A DNA stretch of 64,000 bases, from positions 5,022,001-5,086,000 of the forward strand of contig CM075982.1 in the NCBI GenBank assembly GCA_038087875.1, read 5' to 3'. Origin of the DNA: Malacoraja senta. Its lineage: Eukaryota. Positions 13,300 through 26,483 of the stretch are shown here, one piece after another. The notes beneath the pieces were generated by a model that ran no database searches, was not told where the DNA came from, and worked only from the letters and a program-made list of their open reading frames with translations. Position 1 is the first letter of the stretch; the number at the start of each line of letters is the position of its first letter. Both the position numbers and the translations under genes were made by a program.

Positions 13300-13705
13300 T
13301 GAGATGGAAATGGGCCCCTCCACCCAACTCACCAAAATGCACATCTAAGTTAGCCCTATTTACCTGCATTTGACGTACCTATCAGAACCTCTCCTATCCA
13401 TGTACTTCCTCTGGCAGCTCACTCCATATACCCTCAGTATGGAAAAACTTGCTCCTCAGGTTTCTATTAAATCTTTCTGCTCTCACCTTAAACCTAGACC
13501 CTCTAGTTCTTGACTCCCTAACTCTGGAGAAAAGACTGAATGCATTCACTGAAGAAGGGTTTCGGCCCAAACCGTTGCCCATTTCCTTCGCTCCATAGAT
13601 GCTGCTGCACCCGCTGAGTTTCTCCAGCATTTTTGTGTACCTGGGATTTTCCAGCATCTGCAGTTCCTTCTTAAAAAAACTGCATTCACCAATCTATGCC
13701 TATCT
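13300..13705 (-). mobile_element. CR1 3' fragment interrupted by a Penelope-terminus insert
   Basis: ESRTRGSRFKVRAERFNRNLR on the minus strand. Confidence 0.75.
13549..13680 (+). mobile_element. Penelope-like terminal-repeat insert with degenerate hammerhead motif
   Basis: ctgaagaagggtttcggccc..., flanked by a tgcattcac duplication. Confidence 0.7.
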
Positions 13706-14020
13706 CATTTCCGGGTGAGTTCTGCAACTTTAATGTGACAAACCAACAATCTTCCCATCTTGACTCGTGTTTGCCTGATTTCAGACTTGTCTACCTGATC
13801 ATAGCCAGATCATTTCCAGTAACTTCCTAGCCCCGACTCCCCTACCTGCCAAATCTCCTGAAATGTTTACCCTTTCCAATCCCTCATTTTCTTCCTATCT
13901 CTTAGCAACATCACCTTCAGACATGGTGTTATTTACTGACATCAACATTGAAGTATCTTCCCACGCTTATCTTGATGACTCCGCTACTAGTATCAGTTGA
14001 CTCAGATTAGTTATCAAATA

Positions 14021-14150
14021 GAAGGTAGACAAAGGTGCTGAAGAAACTCAGAGGGTGCGGCAGCATCTATGGAGCGAAGGAAATGGGCAACGTTTCGGGC
14101 CGAAACCCTTCTTCAGGAAGTTAATAGGCAACGTTTCGGGCCGAAACCCT
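14021..14150 (-). mobile_element. Penelope-like terminal-repeat insert with tandem hammerhead motifs
   Basis: 19-bp TSD tcagattagttatcaaata; two copies of gggtttcggcccgaaacgttgcc on the minus strand. Confidence 0.75.
14088..14116 (-). ncRNA. Minimal type I hammerhead ribozyme core motif
   Basis: CUGAAGA-a-GGGU(UUCG)GCCC-GAAA-CG-UU; stem I is poorly formed in this copy. Confidence 0.55.
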
Positions 14151-15790
14151 TCAGATTAGTTATCAAATATCCAGTTTTGAGTTGGCCATAACTACTTCTG
14201 TTTGAACATTACTAATGATTCTATAGAATAAACTTTTATACCACTAAGTAACGGATAAGTTAAAGTATTTCTTCTGACAGTCATTGTGAAGGTTTCCCCA
14301 TAATGTTAATTATGATGTTTGTGATAGCTGCTAAGCTGTTGTACGTCTCTTCCAGACCAATCTATTATGATTCTTCCCTCTTAATGCTGTTTGATTTCCC
14401 TGGTGGCTGTAAATAAAATGACATTGCTTTTATCTCTGAGTAGCTGTGTGAAGGATCAAGGATAAAGAATAACGGATAACCTCAAATTAGGCTGAAAGTC
14501 AGAGTTGTGCAGCACAGCAATAAACCCTTCAGACCACGTCCATGCTGACTTTGTCCCATTTGCCTTTACTAGGTCCATATTATTCCATGCCTTGCCTTTT
14601 TTAAGCCTAAATGTCTCTCAAATGCACTGATTGTACCTGACCACTCCCAGTTGTTGTAGGTGTTCCTTGATTAGAATTACCCAAATAACAACACATAATT
14701 TGAAATTAATGTAGAGCCGTATTTACAATGTTTAGATGCCATTTGTCTGTGGTAGTGTCTGCTGTTTAGAATAGTTGATAGTCCAATAAACATTTCTTCC
14801 ATTATTATAAAATGAAAAGAAAAACTCCAGTTGGGATAAGAGCCTGCTATTGAAATTGTTTAGCCTTTCAGAGTATAAAACCGGTTATAATTATGAACAT
14901 GGATCTGAAACATTATTGACCAATGTATGAATGCTCTCCTTTTCATCAGATTAAAACTATCACTTGTTCTGTCCCTTTTGTACCAGTTTTGAGTGGTGGT
15001 AAATGCCAGCTGTTTGAAATGTGATGCAGAAATGTTTGAATAATTCTAATGTGCAATATTGTTGTTTTTTGCTTTCTAAATATTTGAGGGTTTTATTTTG
15101 GCTAAATAAACCAACAGCAAAACAAATCATAAAAATATAATTTTAATTTAAACATGAACAAAGGATTAATAGTTTCTATAATTGCATTCTGATTTAAATT
15201 TGTTCTTTTGAGCACTAATATTCTGCTTTAGCAGGTTATACTAACATATTCCATGAACATTTGGGTTTCATAAATTAACAAATAGACGATGAAGCAAATG
15301 GCTGGAGGAACTCTGCAGGTCAGGCTGCATCTGTGAAATAGACAGATGACATTTTGGGTCAGGCCAGACTTGAAATAGGGGGAAGCGCAATATGCATCTT
15401 GGTCGGCATAAACAATGTGAAACGAATGGGCCTGTCCATAGGACATGACAATGCGGTCGACAAAGCAACGGTTGGGATTTAAAGAAATAATATTATTTGA
15501 ACACAAATCATGTGGTATTCCTTTAAGAAGGCATAGAGAAAAACTAAAGAAAATGTGGTCCAACCTTGGATTATGACATATTTACTGTTATATTAAAATG
15601 AAGTAATGGAATTGTTACCAAATAAAGTAGTAAACTTAAGATTTGTGAAGAATTTAGAATTCAGCAAAGTATTCCACAACGGTCAAGGTACCTAGAGTCA
15701 GGGTGTAATAGTTTCAAGATACTGTGATTAATAGGAACAAATCTATGTTTAGAATCTGGTGAATATTTGGAATTCTCCTTGCTAGAATAT

Positions 15791-16109
15791 TTTGGTTAGT
15801 TTAGAGACACAGTGCGGAAACAGGCCCTTCGGGCCCACAGAGTTTGTGCCGACCAGCGATCCCTGCATATTAACACTATCCTACTCACACCAGGGACAAT
15901 TTTACATTTTTTTAATATGCAAAGTCAATTTAACCTCCAAACCAATACATCTTTGGAGTGTGGGAGGAAACTGATGATCTCGGAGAAAACCCACACGGTT
16001 ACGGGGAGAAAGTACAAACTCTGTACAAACAGCACCCCTAGTCGGGATCAAACCCGGGTCTCTGGCGCTGAAAGTGCTGTAAAACAGCAACTCCACCGCT
16101 GTGCCGCCC
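15791..16109 (-). mobile_element. tRNA-derived V-SINE (HE1-like)
   Basis: Reverse-complement relative of the 10590 SINE head and V-domain; inserted in a degraded CR1. Confidence 0.85.
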
Positions 16110-19100
16110 AGAGCCGAATGTTGTGGACACTTGGTCTTTGAATGTGATCAAACCTGAATTGTTGCATTTTTGGATATTCAAGGAATCAAGGGATGTGGGA
16201 AGATGGTGTTGGGGAAGAACGACCATGATCGTATTCAATGGCAGAGCAGCTTAAATGGTCAAATGGTCTGTTGCAACTTCAATTTCTTATCATGTTATGT
16301 CTGCCTGCACCAAATCTTGATTACTTTATAATCCCTAAATTTAATCTCCAAAATTTACAATTATACCTTCTGCTTCTGAGTCCCTAAGGTCAGAAATTCT
16401 CTTTTAAAACCTGTTTCTATGTTACTTGCATCCTACAGGGTCTTCTTTAGAAGCTGTCTCTTTGGCCAGCTACTCCTGTAACCACATAAAGTGGTTCGGT
16501 TTTACTTTTGGGTCAAAGACGTGCTTTTGCTTCAAGTTTTTTTTTTTGAATGTTAGCCATTTTGGTTAATTTATCATTTTGGAAAAACAAAGTGCATCAT
16601 TATTTGAAAATAGTACCATATTTAATTTAATAGGACTGCATAATCTAAATGTATTTTTTAAATCGCTGCTCCTGTTTGCAAACACTGCTTTAATACCCTA
16701 CAGTACTTTAAGGGTGAACTATGCTCAACTCCTTTTTTACATTGCCTGGTCAGAACAAGTTATTGCAAAATTGTGTACCACTTAATTTGGCTTAATGGTC
16801 TTCAATAAATTTAAATGTCACTATTGACATTTTTTTCATACTGAAAATAAGGGTGGAATACCAAGGTACTTTTGCACAAAATCACTGTGGTTTCAATAAG
16901 GGAATTTTAGAAATTCACTTCACATTGATGTTTTGTTGCTTTAAGATGCTGATGATGGACTTATTTGGAGGATTAAGTTCAAACAATTTCTCAAATGGTT
17001 TATGAATAACCAGATCTGCAATCGTGTGACTGCTTATTGAAAGACATTTTTAGTATATGTATATGGCCTCTTTAAATTTAAAACCCTCCCTTTTCTGCTA
17101 CCTTTTTCCACCTCTGTAGTTGTAGATTGTATAATGTTCAAGTACAGAGAAGAAGGAAGGTCGCACCACAAATGTTTCCCACGTTCTGGGGTTTTCCAGC
17201 AATTTCTAACTCAAAATAGATTGAGATGCTTGACAACATTTTTATAAAATGTCAAGGGACTGTGGTGGTCATCACCGGAAAGGAACAACCAATTCCATTG
17301 TTGCAGTTTTGTATCAACAGGGAGCTCCATTTTTAATTTGCCATACAGGGTCAATAAATACCAGGGGTGGTGGAAAGGAAAACGATGAAAGATTGTAATT
17401 ATTCTGCTGCATTTCCGAAATGGAAAGGATTATTGGTGTTTGGGGTGAATGATGAATAGACCAGGAAGTTAAAGGGCATAGTTCCTTGGAATAGTGAAAG
17501 GGTTAGGGACAAGATGACATGTTAAGTGGTGGCAGAGGATGATCCATTGAATGCAGAGGCTGCCAAAGCAGAAAATAAGGGGTTAACTATAGTTGCTCTT
17601 TAGAATACTGAGTAACAATTGCAACCTGTATAAGTTGCTTGCCTGGAAAATCAACGAGATAAAATAACTAGAAACACCAGCATAAAATGATAGTTCAAAA
17701 TTGTCATTTTTTTTTACAATGTGCAGGTGTTTGTGTGACAAATAACACTTTGGAGCTTTAATTTGGTATATAAATGCATTTCTTAAATTTTGTTCAAGGT
17801 ATTTCTAGCTAGTACATTTATTGTGAAAATAAATATTGAGCTGGCTGTGATAGGCAGATAGAATTTAAATACTGCCTGGGATTGTGAATCATTGATTTTT
17901 TTTAAATTTAATAGAATAAATAATTTGGAACAAATATTTTTCTGGATCTCCTGGAAAAAAAATGCTGCAAATTATTTAAAGCCATGTCTAAGATGCAGCA
18001 AAATTACAGTATTGTTACACTATTTTGAAAAGGTTGACGTTTGTGGTAAATAGGTTTCTGAACCCATGAATTTGATAAACTGATATATTGGTTTTTGTGT
18101 CTGAGATGCAGTAATGTACCCAGTGGTATCCTATTATTAGATTGAAATGGATTAACTCTGCCTTAAAGCCAGCTGGGCAATGAGATAATACACAGCTGCA
18201 GTCAACATGGCAACTGGATTCTGTTTCTCTGCAGTCCAGTTCTAATCTGAAAAATGTACTAAAATAAGGCAAATTCAAAATTATGAAGAAAGCAGGGATG
18301 GGTGAATGAATCCACTACATTCTAATACAGAAATGGCATGCAGTGGATTTTTGAAGTTTAAAAAATTCTCTTCCCTCTCCATGTTTTTTTCCTTCAGTAA
18401 CCACCTGCTGTTCTGTAGTTTGTATTGGGGGGGGGGGAAATGTCTGGATTGACAGTGACGACTGATGTGAATGGTCAAAAGTTACAATGTTTTTATTCGA
18501 TGTAGCTGATTGAGTTCATGTTAAAATTCTAGGAAAAAAATGATTAAATAAAGGGATTTGAAAGGAGTTGCATTTTAATAGTTTTTTTTATTGGAGTTGA
18601 AGAGTATAATGAAGCTGCTTGATGTGCTCCATAACGAGCTATAAAAATGACTGGTTATTTCTGCCCAAATTGCCCTTTTTCCCCCACCCACACTTCCACT
18701 TGCAATCTCTTCCTGGGGAATTTCCAAGATGGCAGCAAATTGTGTGAAATGACAAGTTCCACAACATACTCTGCCAAAGCTTAGTGGTGCAGTACGAACA
18801 TTTGATAGGTAACATTTGTTTTGTATAAAGACTCATTACTCATAAGACAAGAATAGAACCTTTTGCATGTTTCAATGAAAACTCCATTCATACCATCAAC
18901 TGGGTGACTCTCAACTGCTTTGAGCCAACTTTTTGCATAATGTAAAAGTTCAGTGCATTGGAAAACACAATTTCGTGGTGATTTCCCCCTTCCACCCCCA
19001 AAATTGTATTTATTTACCAAGGGGCTTAACAGGAGCATTGTCAAACAAAATTGGACATTATCCCATGAGATGTAAGGGAAGATTGCTTGGTTAAAGGAAG

Positions 19101-20041
19101 GGAGTTTTAGTAAGGAACAAGTGGTAAAGGCAAAGGTTTTTTTCCTAGTCAAGTCAATAAAAACGGTATCTTGTACGAAATGAAAATCAGAGGTGATCTT
19201 CAGACCACTTTCAAGAAATATGAAAAATCTAACAATAGGTTGTCATCCTTTATTTTCTCTTACTGTTTATCATGTCCCCTCTTCTATAGGCCACATATGA
19301 CAGAGCAGAAAAAAAAACAGGTTCCAGAATTCAACTGGCTGACACATTCATTCCTAGATCCATAATCGTAAAGCCGCTGTATTTCTGCTGGCATTCATAT
19401 TCTTCGTAACAAAGAATGTGCTGGAAATAGTCTGCAAATCAGGTCGCATCTTTGAAAAGAGAAATGGAGTTAACATTTCAATCACATAGGAAAAATTGGG
19501 CAGCGAAGAGGCAGGCTGGAGAGCACAAGATCAAGGCATTTTAAAATTATATTTAACCCTACGGGTTAATATTTTGGAGTGATAAGAAACAATCTTTATT
19601 TTTATAAAAGTACATAAATCAAAAATACCATAATATGATTCACATTTAATTGATTACTGTAAGGCTTTATTATACAATTTTATCTTGCATGGGAATTATT
19701 ACTCCAACATGCATAGTACAAATGTAAAGTATAACACCCTTTAATTTATTAGCTAATTTCCTGGCAGTCGTTCCATCACTTGACAGTGATTGAAAATGTT
19801 TTGAATAAACTATAGTACAGTTCATTTTTAATAAATTTGCTGCTGACAATTTTAGCATGTATTTGGTGTCTGTTTTGTAAGCAATGATTTTGTATCAGTG
19901 TTAAGATTTTCTGATTTGTATCTCTTGTTTAAAAAAAATGCTGCATTAGAGAGAAATCCCAATTAACATTGCAGGTCAATGACCTTTGATTTGAATATTG
20001 CTGTATCTATTATCTGCTAATGTATTTGCTTCTATTTACAG

Positions 20042-20173
20042 TGGAAGAATCTGATATAATTGATCTTGAGAAACGGTATTGGTTGCTGAAGGCTCAGTCA
20101 AGGACAGGACGTTTTGATTTGGAAACATTTGTTCCTTTAGTTTCACCGCCCATCCATCCATCTTTAAGTGAAG
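20042..20173 (+). CDS. USP32: USP32 exon ~6 (LEESDIIDLEKRYWLLKAQSRTGRFDLETF...SLSE)
   Basis: tttacag / gtaata, 132 nt. Confidence 0.95.
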
Positions 20174-20825
20174 GTAATAGAAGCCGAGAGAAAATATAAA
20201 TTGGGCATGAATGACAATTAGTGTTTCCCATGTGAATTGGTGCAATCGGATTTATTGTCAATTCAGATTCTATAATGTAACATGCATTTGAAGCTTAATT
20301 CAGATAAGCAAATTATGAGTTCATTACCACTACTCAGATGCTTAATGAAGTATCTTGGGAGAGAAGGAGCGAGGGAGTGAAATAGGGATAGAAAGGAATG
20401 GCTGGAGGTGGAGTGGAAGAGATTGAGCAGCAGAGGGCATTGAAGATGCTGCACAAAAGCCTTACTTTTTGGTGTGATGGAAGAAGATTCGAGGTAGATT
20501 TTCTAGAGCCATGTCAGCTCACAGGATCTGGGAAGATGCATTTTGACCCCCACTGTAAAGGATGGAGTTACTCCCCTGACTGCAGAAATGCTGAATTCTA
20601 AGAAAATATGCAAGCCTAGAGCAAGTTTAAGCCCATTGCGAAACATAAGTTTGTACTTCGAGAGGGAAGTCAGATGACTTTGTGTTTGCTGTAGTGGACG
20701 GCTGGTAGCTCACTTTGTTTCAGTGAGTTGTAAGAAGGGCAATGCTTTGGTTTAAATTATATGTTTGCCCCTTAGATAGTGCCAGGAAAGAAGAAAGTGC
20801 TTGAATTTACATGGTACTTAGTACT

Positions 20826-21812
20826 TCATGGAAGGAAGCAGAGAGTGATGGTGGAAGGTTTCTTCTTGGACTGGAGGCCTGTGACTAGTGGTGTGCCTCA
20901 GGGTTCGATGCTGATTGTCATCTATATCAATGATTGGGATGAGAACATGCCTGGCAAAATTAGCAAGTTTGCAGATGAGATAAAAGTCGATGGTTTTGCA
21001 GATAGTGAAGATGGTTGTGAAAAATTGCAGCAGGATCTTGATCGATTGGCCAGGTGGGCTGAGGAATAGTTGATGGAATTTAATACAGAGAAATGTGAGG
21101 TGTTGTATTTTTGGAAGTCTAACATGAGCAGGACCTACACAGTGAATGGCAGGGCTCTGGGGAGTGTTGTAGAGCAGAGGGATCTAGGAGTGCAGGTAGA
21201 TAGGGCGGTCAAAAACGCATTTGGCACATTGGCCTTCATCAGTCAGAGTATTGAGCATAGAAGTTGGGAGGTCATGTTGCAATTATAGAAGACTTTGGTG
21301 AGGCCGCATTTAGAATATTGTGTTCAATTCTGGGCACCATGTTCTAGGAAAGATATTGTCAAGCTGGAAAGGATGCAGAGAAGATTTACAAGGATGTTGC
21401 CTGGGCTAGAGGGTCTGAGCTGTAGAGAGAGTTTGAGTAGACTGGGACTCTATTCCTTGGAGTGCAGGAGGATGAGGGGTGATCTTATTGCGGTGTATAA
21501 AATCATGAGAGGAATAGATTGGGTGGATGCACAGAGTCCCTTGCCCAGAGTAGGTGAATCGAGGACCAGAGGACATAGGTTTAAGTTGAAGGGGAAAAGA
21601 TTTAATAGGAATCTGTGAGGTAGTTGAGGCAGGGACTAAATTATACCAACATTTAAGAAACAGTTAGACAGGTACAAGGAAAGGACAGGTTTGGAGGGAT
21701 ATGGACCAAACACGGGCAGCTGGGACTAGTGTAGCTGGGATATGTTGGCCGGTGTGCGCAAGTTGGCCGAAGGGCCTGTTTCCACACTTTTTCACTCTAT
21801 GACTCTATGACT
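20826..21812 (+). mobile_element. 5'-truncated CR1 LINE (RT C-terminus and 3' UTR), disrupted
   Basis: VTSGVPQGS, KFADE, LVRPHLEYCVQFW, RTRGH motifs; stops and deletions; (actctatg)n tail. Confidence 0.93.
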
Positions 21813-23340
21813 TGCATGATTTCAGCCTCAAAGGTTTTGCATCAAATGGAGTTTCTTTTTAAAGTCTAACTAGGAAGAAACAAACTGACCATGTACAGCA
21901 AGGTCTCAAAACACAGCAGAATAAAAAACATGTGTTAGTATACTGTATTGATGTTAGTTGAGAGTTAAACATTAAAATGAGCACAGGTCAAATTTTTTTT
22001 GTCATCTCTGGGGTGTGCCATGGAGTCTTTTGAAAGAGCAAACATTTGGTTTGGAGCCTCGAACATAGATGCCAGTGAAAGTGCAATGGTCGGTCAGTGG
22101 GAATGGGGCATAGGGTCAATTGATTCCTGCTCAGATGAACGTTGTGCCAAGATTTCTGCTCATAAATAAACTAATAGCCCACGTTTTCAGTATTTGAAGA
22201 GTTTGTTTGGAGAATCTCATAATCCCTGCCCAAATGTCCTCTGACATTCCTCAACATCAGTCTGAAATTTCCTCCAGGCTTGGTTTCTGATTTTGCTGTT
22301 CTTCAGAATTGTAGTGGGATGTGTTTTGTTATAAAATAACATGATAGATAATAATACGTCGTGTTATGAAAGCAGTAGGTTATGTTATCTACAGGAGATT
22401 CATATTATTGAAAATATATGATGTTTGGCCACAAACATCACTTTATACTTGCATTGATTCCCAGAAAAAGACGTGCATTTTTGTTTTGAAAGAGACAGTG
22501 AGAATGTCAGAATTGTTATTCATCACCTATATTGCGTTGTCCCTCCTTTGTGATCAAATAGATTAGTCACAAAACCCCACTCTTTAGGCTGAATAATGTA
22601 CTCTCTGATTTTGCCCACTTCATACCAAAAATCACTGTACAAAGTCGAAAGTGGATTAGATTAAACTGTGGTGATAATGCAAGACCAGAAAAATAAACCT
22701 TTATTTCATTTGATACAGCGGCTTCCTGGTTATGAATGACATGACCTACAGAAATCCAACTTTAATGTAAATTCTCCCAAGCATTTGAAAGCTTTTTTTA
22801 AAGGAAGTTGCAATAATAATAATGTTTTTGTGTTTATTAATGACTGAATGCAGTAGGTATTTCATTAGTTTAATTATGGATAGTGTTAGGTTGAATATTC
22901 TGAACTGAATTTAAAAAGAACATTTGGGCAAGTACATGGTTATTTATATAGGTTTAGAGAGATATGGGCCAAATGCAGGTTGGACTTATGTAGTTGGGGC
23001 ATGTAGGTCAGCGTTGGGCTGAAGGGCCTGTTTCCATGATTAAAAAATTATACCAGGTGTATATAGAGTGATAATAGAAAATAAATGTTATTGTTTTATG
23101 GAAAAATCAGATTGGAGACAATTCTCATGAACTGAACCCTTGCGTAACTCTGCAATTGTCTGCACTTGATTTGGTGGTGTAAACAAAGCAAGTTGTATGC
23201 ATGAAGGACTATGGATGGTCAAATGATGTAATGCATGTTAATTATAGCTTGCCTGTACAGAAAAATGAGACTATGAACTATGAATGATATTATTGCAGCA
23301 AAAATCCATTTGTGATGTATAATACCAATTTATATTGCAG

Positions 23341-23448
23341 GTTTATTCAGTGCTTTTGATGAAAATCGTGACAATCACATAGACTTCAAAGAAATTTCTT
23401 GTGGGCTTTCTGCTTGCTGTAGAGGACCTCTTGCTGAACGGCAGAAAT
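23341..23448 (+). CDS. USP32: USP32 exon ~7, EF-hand loop DENRDNHIDFKE
   Basis: ttgcag / gtaagt, 108 nt. Confidence 0.95.
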
Positions 23449-24341
23449 GTAAGTTTTTCTAGGTTGAGCTGGTCTATAACAGCTTGAAGAAAATTAATCT
23501 GCGTGTTAAATGCCTGATAATTTTGGAAATACAATGCAGTTTTGTTCATTATTAGGCAGAATGTCATTTTTATCAAAACGTACTATATTTTCACCTTCAT
23601 AAGTACCTGATTTTAGAATAAGATTTATATAAGATTTAAGAATAAGATCAGTTACTCGATCGAATCCAATAAGAAAAGGATGCAGTGTCAATCACTGCAG
23701 AATTAAGAAGGCTATTTGCTATGTTTTGCAGAAATTGAAAGCACAATGCAATTCCCAACAGGAGGTTTGTCAACAATGTCCAAAAACTAGATTTTGACCA
23801 GGTTCTAAAATGGATTTCCAATTTTCTCCATCATCCTTGCTTGGAATGGCTTTGAAAATTGTGGCATTCACATAGTAGAATGATGGGGAGAGATGTTAAG
23901 CTTTTTGGATGAGAATTAATGCTAAATGTGATTTATTGCATAATACTGAATATATTGTATAGCAATATTTTGTAATACATAATATATTGTATAGCAATAT
24001 TTCAGTCGATTGTAGATTGCCATACAAGTATAAAATCCAAACAAAGATTCCGTTTGCAAGCTAAATGTTTTGATTTGAACTCTATGAAGATAATGTGGCA
24101 TTTTTCTGTAAAATAAAAACAGTAAACAATAGCATTCATAGAACAATGTCTGCTAAGACAAAAGGCATTGTTGATGCTGGAAACAGTATTTCTTCCGTGC
24201 GCCCGTTAGTCTAATTATTTTCATTATTCAATGTTTTATTTAAAACTGATTTTTGTTAACATAAATCTTAATATATAACTTTTAGTTTTTCTCCTGTTAG
24301 ATTTTTATTAAAATAAGGTGAATTGTGCTTTGTTTTATTAG

Positions 24342-24457
24342 TTTGTTTCAAGGTATTTGACACTGACCGAGATGGAGTTTTGTCTCGCACTGAATTAGAA
24401 GCAATGATCGTTGCACTTTTGGAAGTCTGGAAAGATAATCGCACTGACAGTATTCCT
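24342..24457 (+). CDS. USP32: USP32 exon ~8, EF-hand loop DTDRDGVLSRTE
   Basis: tattag / gtaagt, 116 nt. Confidence 0.95.
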
Positions 24458-24819
24458 GTAAGTAATGGCATTGATTTGCACTGTTTCATATTCTTTAATT
24501 AAAAGTGTAAACCATGAATTACTTTAATACTGTTACACTTTTACTAAATTCATGGATTTATTTAAACTAAAAGAAATCCATTTATATTCAATCATTCTAA
24601 AATAAAACACATCTTCTAGTCTTTTGGTTTGCCTTTAAATGATCGACTATATTCTTTCTCTGCTACTTGTAAGTCAAGCCCTGATACCCTTCTTCATGTT
24701 GCATTGCTTTATCACTGTGGGTCTCCGGCCTGAACACTAACAAGTATATAAACCTCTGTGCTATAAAGAAAAAAGACACACACTCGCTGCTGATCTGGAA
24801 ACCTGATATGAATCCATCA

Positions 24820-24985
24820 CTGCAGCGCAGTTTCCCCAAAGCTCCAGGGACTTGGGTTCAATCCAAACCTTAGATGCTCTCTTTGTGCTGTTTGTACATT
24901 CCCCTTGTGACTATGTGGGTTGCTGCTGCATTCTTTGATTTTTGTCCACATGCTAAAGATGTACTAGTAGATTAATTGGCTTATC
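24820..24985 (+). mobile_element. Degraded V-SINE
   Basis: gggttcaatcc followed by a degenerate V-domain. Confidence 0.55.
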
Positions 24986-26268
24986 AACATAGGAGAGAAT
25001 ATTGCCTGAAATAAATAGGAGGGAAGTAAGGAGAGAGAAAATTGATCTGATGGGATCACTTCAGAGCTAGCTTAGACCACATGGCTGCTTCCTGTGTTAT
25101 AAGATAACAATCGGCCATGGCCCAGTGTGGAGAGATTGCCTCCAGGGTCGCTGGAGTGAGCAGTGTGGCTCAAAGCTGTGTGATGACTGGCGCAGAGTCC
25201 ATTGCTGGAAAACCTCACCACCTGTGGAGACAGCTAGCTCAGATCCTGGAGTCTCTAGACATGATTGAAGTTGCTGGCTCCCCTAACAGCAGTCTGGTTG
25301 GACTAAAATACAAAAGTATAATCTCTTCCACAATACAATAGAGGCTACTTTTCATTTGTCCTTATACAATAGAGGCTACTTTTCAGTTGTCTTAATTTGA
25401 AATGGAACTCAACTTTTAATGTAGGCAATAATAATAGGATGATCTTAGTCAACTATTTCACTTCTCATTGGAAAGCAACAATGTTTGGGACCTTACTCAA
25501 AAGGAAAATTCCTACAATTATATAAATTCTGTTTGATTTCCACAGTGAATTGAGGGTCATTTTTACCCATATATTTAAATGGTGTGCAGGTCCCATTTTT
25601 GGCGTTCTAACAATAGCAAGGGAAGCAAGTCTACCGATTGTTACTGGGACAAAGTATTTCTGTTGTCTTCATCCCATCTTAGCTTCTATTAGCAGAGAGA
25701 CAAATATTGCTAACGATCTAAGTCTCCAGCAACACTTGTTTTGTTTTTTTATTGAATACAAATCAAACAAATTGTGCTCACCCAATTAAAACCAAAAGGA
25801 AGTAGTTATTCAAAATTCTTCATCTTGTCTTGTGGAAAATAACTGGGTCTTTAGCTGCTACTTTCTTTAATATTAACAAACCACCTCTTTGAAGTATTAT
25901 GTCATGAAGTGGGCACGAACGTATGGATTACAAGAATAATAGACCACTCTGTAGAATAAGAATCATGGCTGATATCACTGCTGCCTCAACCCTGCATTTC
26001 TGTCCATCCATGGTAACCTTTCATCCCCTGTCTGCCTCACTTTCAATATATTAGCTGTATTCAAAATATTCAATATTAAACTCTGCATCCTCTGCCCTTT
26101 GAGGCAGAGTGTTCTAAACATTTGCAACTCTTTGAGTTAAATTATTTACCAAACCAGTGTCTTCAGTGAATAACTCGTTTTTTTATAAATTGACCCCTTG
26201 TTCTCTTTACACCCACTAGTGGAAAGTTTCTTTATATGCATCCTATTAAGAACATCCAGAGATTTGTA

Positions 26269-26368
26269 TGAAGAAGGGTCCTGAACCAAAATTTCACTTA
26301 CCCATTTTCTCCAGAGACGCTGCCTGACCCGATGAATTACTCCAGTATTTTGTGTTTATCTTCACAAT
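26269..26368 (+). mobile_element. Degenerate Penelope-terminus / hammerhead insert
   Basis: tgaagaagggtc...ctccagagacgctgcctgacc; tttgtatga duplication on both sides. Confidence 0.65.
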
Positions 26369-26483
26369 TTTGTATGATTTGGTGGGTGCCACTTATTTTT
26401 CTGAATGTCAGAGCTACAAGCCTGGTTTGTCCAATCTTTCTTCATGAGACAACCTTCCTATTCTAAGCATTAGTCCAGTAAAC

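Noticed and set aside
23949-25395. Short direct repeats (aatatattgtatagcaatattt x2 near 23950; tacaatagaggctacttttca x2 near 25335) resembling CRISPR repeat-spacer units
   Set aside because: Only two copies each, in a vertebrate intron with no cas genes; simple local tandem duplications.
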